Positions 36,071-42,225 of a stretch of DNA of 42,225 bases are shown here, piece by piece. The stretch spans positions 1 through 42,225 of the forward strand of contig DLBD01000049.1 in NCBI GenBank assembly GCA_002494125.1, given 5' to 3'. Position 1 is the first letter of the stretch. The number at the start of each line of letters is the position of its first letter. This DNA is from Ruminococcaceae bacterium UBA7030 (GTDB lineage Bacteria > Bacillota > Clostridia > Oscillospirales > Acutalibacteraceae). The notes under the pieces are model-generated. The model did not search any database. It was not told the origin of the DNA and was given only the letters and a program-made list of their open reading frames with translations. The translations under genes were made by a program, and so were the position numbers.

Positions 36071-38119
36071 CTATTCTGCCGATTCCGCAATAACCTTCTG
36101 TGCAATATGCTCAGGTGTTCTTTCGTATCTTGCAAACTCTGTTGTAAATGAACCTCTGCCCTGTGTAATCTGGCGAACAGCTGTTGAGAAGGTAGTCATC
36201 TCAGCATCAGGAACTTCGGCAAGAATTTCCTGTGTGCCGTCGCCGTTAGGAGTCATACCGAGAACTCTGCCGCGGCGTTTGTTGATATCGCCGATGATGT
36301 CGCCCATAGCCTCGTCATTAACAACAGCTTTAAGTGTTACAATCGGTTCAAGAAGGATTGGCATAGCATTGCTGATACCCTCCTTAAACGCAAGCGTTGC
36401 AGCCATCTTGAAGCTCATTTCACTTGAGTCAACAGGATGATAAGAGCCATCGTAAAGAGTAGCCTTTACACCAACCATAGGATAGCCGGCAAGCACGCCC
36501 TTTTCCATACACTCATTAAGTCCCTTTTCAACTGCCGGGAAGAAGTTTTTAGGTACCGAACCGCCTACAACTCTTTCGGCAAATACAAGCTTTTCAGTGT
36601 CATAAGGCTCAAATTCAATAAACACGTCACCGAACTGACCGTGACCGCCCGACTGCTTCTTATGCCTGCCCTGTGCGGAAACTTTTTTAGTAATTGTTTC
36701 TCTGTATGCAACCTTCGGTGATTCAAGCACAGCTTCAACGCCGAATTTATCCTTAAGTCTTGAAACAGCAATTTCAAGCTGTTGCTCGCCGAGACCGGCA
36801 ATGAGCTGCTGATGAGTTTCGTGATTGTTCCAGAAGGAAAGCGAAGGATCCTCCTCGCAAAGTCTTGTAAGACCTGAGGTGATTTTTTCCTCCTCACCCT
36901 TCTTCGTAGCGCATATAGCCATCTTATATGTTGCAGTAGGAACTGCTACGCCGTCAAGCTTTACAATATTATTCGGTGAACAAAGTGTGTCGCCTGTTGA
37001 AAAACCGCTAAGCTTTGTTACAGCGCCGATATCGCCTGCAACAAGCTCGCTTACATCGCTCTGCTTTGAACCGAACATCTTAACAATCTTGCCCATTCTC
37101 TCCTCTTTGCCGGTATTGGCATTAAAAGCAGGAATTGAGCCTGTAAGCTTACCGCTTACAACCTTAAAGAAACTGAGCTTACCGATGAACGGGTCGGCAA
37201 CTGTCTTAAAGCATACTGCTGCAACGGGACCGTTTTCGTCAGCTGTTAATTCAACAGGCTCGCCGTCAGCATCGATAGCATATTCAGATGAAGGTGCAGG
37301 ACAAACGTCAGCTACAAAGTCAAGAAGCATATCGCAAGCTGTTCCGTAAAGACCTGAAAGAGCAAACACCGGAATGATTGAGCCGTCAGCCATACCAAGC
37401 TTAACGCCCTTGATTCTTTCATCCCTTGTGAGCTCCTCGCCCTCAAAGTATTTTTCCATAAGCTCTTCATCGGTACCTGCAACAGCCTCGGCAAATACCG
37501 CCTTAATAGCTTCAAATCTTCCTTCGTCGTCGGGTGCGGCATCAGACTCCTTACGGGTTGTGCCGTCATAAGAATACGTCTTATCCTCAATCATATTATA
37601 ATAAGCCGCAACCTTGCCGCCTGAAATAATCGGTACAACAATAGGACAAACCTGTGTGCCGAACTTAGCAGCAATACCGTTGAAAGCTTTATAAAAATCT
37701 GCTCTTTCGTCGTCCATTTTAGTGGTGACAAAAATTTTTGAAACGCCTTTGGAACTTGCTGCCTTAAACGCTTTTTCCGCACCGACTGCAAGACCCGACC
37801 TTGCAGACACAACGATAACTGCTGTGTCAGCTGCACGAATACCCTCCGCAGCGCCCATAGCGAAATCGAAAAGTCCCGGCGTGTCAATAATGTTAACTGA
37901 CTTACCCTTATAATCAAAAGATGCAACTGCACTGTTGATACTGCACTTTCTCTTCTTTTCCTCAGCATCAAAGTCAGTTACTGTATTACCGTCAGCAACC
38001 TTGCCGATTCTCTCCGTTTTACCGGCAATGTTCAAAAGTGCTTCCGTAAGAGTGGTCTTACCTTTGGAAGCATGACCTACAATTGTAATATTTCTGATAT
38101 TTTCTGATTTCCCAGACAT
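36071..38119 (-). CDS. fusA: Elongation factor G paralogue (EF-G2-like)
   Basis: GHASKGKT, DTPG, EEDPSL, VAYRETI, KKQSGGHGQFG, GSYHPVDSSE; stand-alone, not in the str operon; AGGAG RBS before ATG at 38119. Confidence 0.9.
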   Translation of the reverse strand: MSGKSENIRNITIVGHASKGKTTLTEALLNIAGKTERIGKVADGNTVTDFDAEEKKRKCSINSAVASFDYKGKSVNIIDTPGLFDFAMGAAEGIRAADTAVIVVSARSGLAVGAEKAFKAASSKGVSKIFVTTKMDDERADFYKAFNGIAAKFGTQVCPIVVPIISGGKVAAYYNMIEDKTYSYDGTTRKESDAAPDDEGRFEAIKAVFAEAVAGTDEELMEKYFEGEELTRDERIKGVKLGMADGSIIPVFALSGLYGTACDMLLDFVADVCPAPSSEYAIDADGEPVELTADENGPVAAVCFKTVADPFIGKLSFFKVVSGKLTGSIPAFNANTGKEERMGKIVKMFGSKQSDVSELVAGDIGAVTKLSGFSTGDTLCSPNNIVKLDGVAVPTATYKMAICATKKGEEEKITSGLTRLCEEDPSLSFWNNHETHQQLIAGLGEQQLEIAVSRLKDKFGVEAVLESPKVAYRETITKKVSAQGRHKKQSGGHGQFGDVFIEFEPYDTEKLVFAERVVGGSVPKNFFPAVEKGLNECMEKGVLAGYPMVGVKATLYDGSYHPVDSSEMSFKMAATLAFKEGISNAMPILLEPIVTLKAVVNDEAMGDIIGDINKRRGRVLGMTPNGDGTQEILAEVPDAEMTTFSTAVRQITQGRGSFTTEFARYERTPEHIAQKVIAESAE

Positions 38120-38341
38120 AAAAAACATCTCCTTTGTGCATATTGTATAATAATTTGTCCCAACAGTCAACTACTTTTAATAAATTTAACAACAAATTAA
38201 TAAAAATTTTTCTTTTCTCGTCTATAACGGGTAAAAATCTCCATTAATATTTATAATGAAAAATTAACTTGACCAAACGCGCCTAATTGAGTTAAAATAA
38301 TAATTTAGTGATTTAGAGTTTTAACATAGTAAAGAGGTAAT

Positions 38342-39679
38342 ATGGAACGCAACTTAACTAAAGGCAATTTACTTAAAACAATAATATACTTTTCATTGCC
38401 GTACTTTTTGTCGTATTTTCTTCAGACGCTATACGGACTTGCAGACCTTTTTATAATCGGTCAGTTTTGCGGTGTTGAGGCCACAACCGCAGTTACAGTC
38501 GGAAGCCAGATTATGCATATGCTGACAGTTATGATCGTTGGTCTTGCAATGGGTGCAACGGTTATGATAGGCCGCTCTGTAGGAGCAAACGACAAAAAGG
38601 CATGTGCAAAATACATAGGCAACACCGCAACGCTTTTTATGCTTGTATCAATTTGCGCAACAGCAGTTTTACTTATTCTCACAAAAGTAATTCTTCGCGC
38701 GGTAAACACACCCGGCGAAGCGTTTTCTCAGGCACAAAGCTATCTTACAATATGCTTTATCGGCGTTCCGTTTATAACGGCATACAATATTATCAGTGCA
38801 ATTTTCAGAGGACTCGGCGATTCAAAAAGCCCGATGTATTTCATTGCGATATCCTGTGCGGCAAATATAGCGCTTGACTATCTTTTCATCGGCGCTCTTG
38901 GCTTAGGCTCGGCAGGCGCGGCGCTTGGAACTGCTTTGTCGCAGACAATAAGCGTTATCTTTTCACTTTTCTTTATCAAAAGAAGTAAGAGCAGTATCAA
39001 ACTATGCAAAAGCGATTTTCGCCTTGCAAAGCCGACTGTTTCAAAGCTTGTAAAAATAGGACTTCCCGTATCGCTTCAAGACGGACTTATTCAGATTTCA
39101 TTTCTTGTTATAACAGCGATCGCAAACAGTCGAGGTCTTAATGACGCTGCGGCAGTCGGAATAGTTGAAAAGATAATCGGAATATTGTTTCTTGTTCCAT
39201 CAACGATGCTTTCAACCGTGTCGGCAGTATCGTCGCAATGTGTTGGTGCAAAGATGCACGAAAGGGCTAAAAATACACTTAAGTACGGAATAATTATTAA
39301 TTTTATCTGGGGTCTGATGTGCGTTTTATTTATGCATTTTTTTGCAAGGCAGACTGTTTCGCTTTTCACGCAAAGTCAGGAAGTCGCCGTACTCGGTCAG
39401 CAGTATATGGCAGGTTATGTTTACGACTGCATAATTGCCGGAACTCACTTTTGCTTTAGCGGATACTTTTGTGCTTACGGTCTTTCACAGGCATCATTTT
39501 TCCACAATGTTATATCAACCTTCTGTGCAAGGATACCGCTTGCATATCTCGCATCGGTAAACTTCCCGGACACACTTACACCAATGGGAATTGCAACAAC
39601 GCTTGGCTCCTCGGTATCAGTATTTATATGTATTGCGATATATATTTATATGCAGAAAAAGAAAATTAAATCAACATAA
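38342..39679 (+). CDS. MATE family efflux transporter
   Basis: LQTLYG.AD, RGLGDSKSP, NI.LD, GAALGT. Confidence 0.92.
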   Translation: MERNLTKGNLLKTIIYFSLPYFLSYFLQTLYGLADLFIIGQFCGVEATTAVTVGSQIMHMLTVMIVGLAMGATVMIGRSVGANDKKACAKYIGNTATLFMLVSICATAVLLILTKVILRAVNTPGEAFSQAQSYLTICFIGVPFITAYNIISAIFRGLGDSKSPMYFIAISCAANIALDYLFIGALGLGSAGAALGTALSQTISVIFSLFFIKRSKSSIKLCKSDFRLAKPTVSKLVKIGLPVSLQDGLIQISFLVITAIANSRGLNDAAAVGIVEKIIGILFLVPSTMLSTVSAVSSQCVGAKMHERAKNTLKYGIIINFIWGLMCVLFMHFFARQTVSLFTQSQEVAVLGQQYMAGYVYDCIIAGTHFCFSGYFCAYGLSQASFFHNVISTFCARIPLAYLASVNFPDTLTPMGIATTLGSSVSVFICIAIYIYMQKKKIKST

Positions 39680-39709
39680 AAATCCGATGGCGTATGCCAT
39701 CGGATTTTT
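39678..39709. terminator. Bidirectional terminator
   Basis: AAAAATCCGATGGC-GTAT-GCCATCGGATTTTT. Confidence 0.88.
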
Positions 39710-39711
39710 CT

Positions 39712-40371
39712 TTATTTTTTAAGATATTTTGAGGAAACGGGAAAATTGAAATATGTTTCGGGGTACGGCTCGTCTTTAAGGGTGAAATGCCACCATTCGC
39801 AGTCAATCGGCTCAAAGCCGTTTCGAACCATCAGGTTTTGAAGAAACATTCTGTTTTCATACTGCTCGTCGGTAACACCCTTGCAGTCGGGATGTGAAAT
39901 CTCGCTGAAAAAGTCGAACGGACTTCCCATATCAACTTCTTTGCCGGTTTTCATATCAAGAAGCGTTAAATCCACGGTGCTTCCTCTGCTGTGACTTGAC
40001 CTGCTTGCAATATATCCCTTTTCAAAAAGCTCCTGCTTCTCGAGGTCAGGATAGAAGAACGGTTTTGTGCGCTGATCAAGATCTTCAATCCCCCACAGCA
40101 TAAAGTGCTTAACTGCTTTCGCAGGACGGTATGCATCAAATATTTTGAGCCTGTAACCCTTAACAAATGCCTCGTCGCTCGCCTCTTTAAGAGCACGTGC
40201 TGCTTCCATAGTCAACAGAGCAACCGGCTCTTCGTAGCCGTTAATTCTGTCGCCGATAAAATTGTATGTTGAAAAGTACCTCATTTCAAGTATTGCCGAA
40301 GGTACAATATCAGTTAAAAGTACAAAGTCCGAACAATCAAGCTGTGCCTCTTTTTCAAAATCAACAGACAT
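39712..40371 (-). CDS. vanX: D-Ala-D-Ala dipeptidase (peptidase M15D, VanX/DdpX)
   Basis: DAYRP, SSHSRGSTVD, DMG..FD, EWWHF. Confidence 0.9.
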   Translation of the reverse strand: MSVDFEKEAQLDCSDFVLLTDIVPSAILEMRYFSTYNFIGDRINGYEEPVALLTMEAARALKEASDEAFVKGYRLKIFDAYRPAKAVKHFMLWGIEDLDQRTKPFFYPDLEKQELFEKGYIASRSSHSRGSTVDLTLLDMKTGKEVDMGSPFDFFSEISHPDCKGVTDEQYENRMFLQNLMVRNGFEPIDCEWWHFTLKDEPYPETYFNFPVSSKYLKK

Positions 40372-40373
40372 TT

Positions 40374-40745
40374 TTATACTTCATCCTTTCGATTTATGTT
40401 CCAATAATACTTCCTTTTGCATACGGGAAAATCTTCCATAACTCCGTGCTCCGGGTCGTAGAAAACACCGTCGCAGTATAGTGACCAGTGCCAACAACGA
40501 GGAGTTTCAAGACTTAATATACAAAGCCGCGGAAGTTCATTTTTGTTCTTGACCTGAATTCTTTCGTCAGATACCTTATAGCCGTTTTGACTAAGAAAAC
40601 ATTTCATTTCTTTAAGCGTAGTTTCACGACGATTATCAAGCATTTCTGAAACCTCAGAAACAGGAATTCCTGTCACCATGGCAAGCACCGCCTGACCGCA
40701 CTGAAGGTCGTCAGGCTCGTGTATATACTCTATTTTTTTAATCAT
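40374..40745 (-). CDS. Small C39-like cysteine peptidase-fold protein
   Basis: QCGQAVLAM, HWSLY, YDP in the expected Cys-His-Asp order. Confidence 0.6.
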   Translation of the reverse strand: MIKKIEYIHEPDDLQCGQAVLAMVTGIPVSEVSEMLDNRRETTLKEMKCFLSQNGYKVSDERIQVKNKNELPRLCILSLETPRCWHWSLYCDGVFYDPEHGVMEDFPVCKRKYYWNINRKDEV

Positions 40746-40942
40746 ACGCCCGAGTTAAAAGCCTGCCCGTTTCAAATGTTTTTTACATTCTTCAAAAACA
40801 TTTGCCGCGCAATTATTTACTCATATAACTCCTTATCATAAGTTTTGATTATTATATCACACAAGAATAAAAAAGTACAGTTGAAATGATTGCAATAGAT
40901 ATTAGTTTATATTATTATATGTGTAAGGAATAAGGTGAAAAT

Positions 40943-42225
40943 ATGGTTATTGCAAAGAAATATCTTGTTGTAAACACTGACGAAAATGCTCCTGAAAAAC
41001 AGGTAGTTGCAAAAGATGAAGAAGGAAGCTTTCTTTTTAAGCTTAATATAAAAAAGTCCGAAACGGGCGTTCCGTTTTATCTCGATGTTAAAAGGTTTAT
41101 CGGTAAGGAAGTATTTTTTTACTGCGGTAAAGAGGAGTTTCATTTTGACGCACAAAGTGATAATGCCGACCTAAATATGCGCTCAAACGAAATCAGACCG
41201 AAGCTGCATTACACAGTACCATACGGCTGGCTCAACGACCCTAACGGTCTGATATTTGTCGATGGCAAATTTCACATATTCTGTCAGCATAATCCGCTTT
41301 CAGCCTCATGGGGAAATATGCACTGGTACCACAGCACAACAAAAGATTTTATCCACTTTGAACACCTTGGCGATGCACTGTTTCCGGACGAGTTTGGGAC
41401 AATGTTTTCCGGAAGCGCAATATGCGATAAAGAAAACAAAAGCGAATTAGGCAAGAATGTAGTCTTGCTTTATTACACTATTGCCGAATACAGCCGCCGT
41501 TTTCACAAGCCGAAATTCTCACAGGGACTTGCTTATTCATATGACGGAGTACATTTTGAAAAATATTATAAAAACCCGATAGTGCCAAATATTAAGGGCG
41601 AAAACCGTGACCCGAAGGTTGTATTTGTACCCGAACTTGACGCTTATATTATGGCTCTTTATCTCGACAGCGATGAATACTGTTTTCTGAAATCAAATGA
41701 TCTTATAAACTGGGATTTCTTTCAGACGATACATATTGAAGGGGACAGCGAATGTCCCGACCTTTGTTATTATGGAGAATGTAAAAAATGGGTGCTTTCC
41801 GGCGCCGCTGACTGCTACATTGTCGGCCATTTTGAAAAAGAAGGCTTTATTAAAGAGCAAAATGCACTTCGTTTTTATAACGAACTTGACGGCAGATTAA
41901 GCTATGCCGCACAGTCTTTTTCAGGCTGCGGCGATAGAGTTTTGAGACTTTCGTGGGAAAACATTAATCCGGGTAAGCAATGCTTTTGCGGTCAATTGAG
42001 TGTTGCGCTGGAGATGTCAGCAGTAAATCTTAAAAACGGAGAAATAAGGCTTTGTGCAAAGCTTTGCAGGGAGATTAGTGATAAGCTCAGCCTTTACAAA
42101 AGCGGCGGTGCATCAAGTTATTTAATTGACAGCGCAACATATATTGCAGACATAATTCCAAAAGATGATTTGAGCGTAAGCATTGACGGCGCCATACTTA
42201 ATATAAGTATAACAAATAATACTAT
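40943..42225 (+). CDS. Glycoside hydrolase family 32 (levanase/beta-fructofuranosidase), runs off the window end
   Basis: AAGGTGA RBS; WLNDPNG, WGNMHW, FSGSA, RDPKV, ECPD motifs; absent from the ORF track because it has no stop in the window. Confidence 0.93.
   Translation, partial: MVIAKKYLVVNTDENAPEKQVVAKDEEGSFLFKLNIKKSETGVPFYLDVKRFIGKEVFFYCGKEEFHFDAQSDNADLNMRSNEIRPKLHYTVPYGWLNDPNGLIFVDGKFHIFCQHNPLSASWGNMHWYHSTTKDFIHFEHLGDALFPDEFGTMFSGSAICDKENKSELGKNVVLLYYTIAEYSRRFHKPKFSQGLAYSYDGVHFEKYYKNPIVPNIKGENRDPKVVFVPELDAYIMALYLDSDEYCFLKSNDLINWDFFQTIHIEGDSECPDLCYYGECKKWVLSGAADCYIVGHFEKEGFIKEQNALRFYNELDGRLSYAAQSFSGCGDRVLRLSWENINPGKQCFCGQLSVALEMSAVNLKNGEIRLCAKLCREISDKLSLYKSGGASSYLIDSATYIADIIPKDDLSVSIDGAILNISITNNT

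Noticed and set aside
39712-40371. Vancomycin-resistance cluster
   Set aside because: Only a VanX/DdpX homologue is present, with no ligase, dehydrogenase or vanRS in the window
1-42225. Prophage, ICE, defence island, tRNA or rRNA
   Set aside because: No integrase, transposase, phage, cas or restriction genes and no tRNA or rRNA signatures were seen; composition looks uniform

Overview
A mostly housekeeping chromosomal window from a moderately low-GC, spore-forming Clostridia bacterium (gene content and style suggest Oscillospiraceae/Acutalibacteraceae; this is an inference). It has about 42 protein genes and no rRNA, tRNA, CRISPR array, integrase or transposase. Contents in order: orphan mazF/ndoA; cotJA-cotJB; D,D-carboxypeptidase; a degenerate metallophosphoesterase; a large transglutaminase-like protein with choline-binding-type repeats; alpha/beta hydrolase; mscL; a tRNA methyltransferase-rsmI-radical SAM operon; a polar amino-acid ABC transporter; a Ser/Thr-rich surface protein; HMA plus a P1B ATPase with an ArsR/SmtB-type operator; an MBOAT-SGNH pair; YbaK/PrdX; a sugar O-acetyltransferase; glmS with a clear glmS ribozyme; an unannotated 33-aa Cys-rich peptide behind a sigma-K-like promoter; SDR; RluA; a Zn ABC importer; nrdR with NrdR boxes; DMT; TIM-barrel isomerase; aminotransferase; GPH transporter; a divergent EF-G paralogue; MATE; VanX-family dipeptidase; a minimal C39-like peptidase; and a truncated GH32. 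The least explained element is a roughly 150-190 nt highly structured non-coding segment (about 50-235) right behind the antitoxin-less mazF. Other points of note are a phosphoesterase that has lost all ligands specific to its second metal and an EF-G paralogue lacking the catalytic His. All calls come from reading the sequence by eye; no searches were run.
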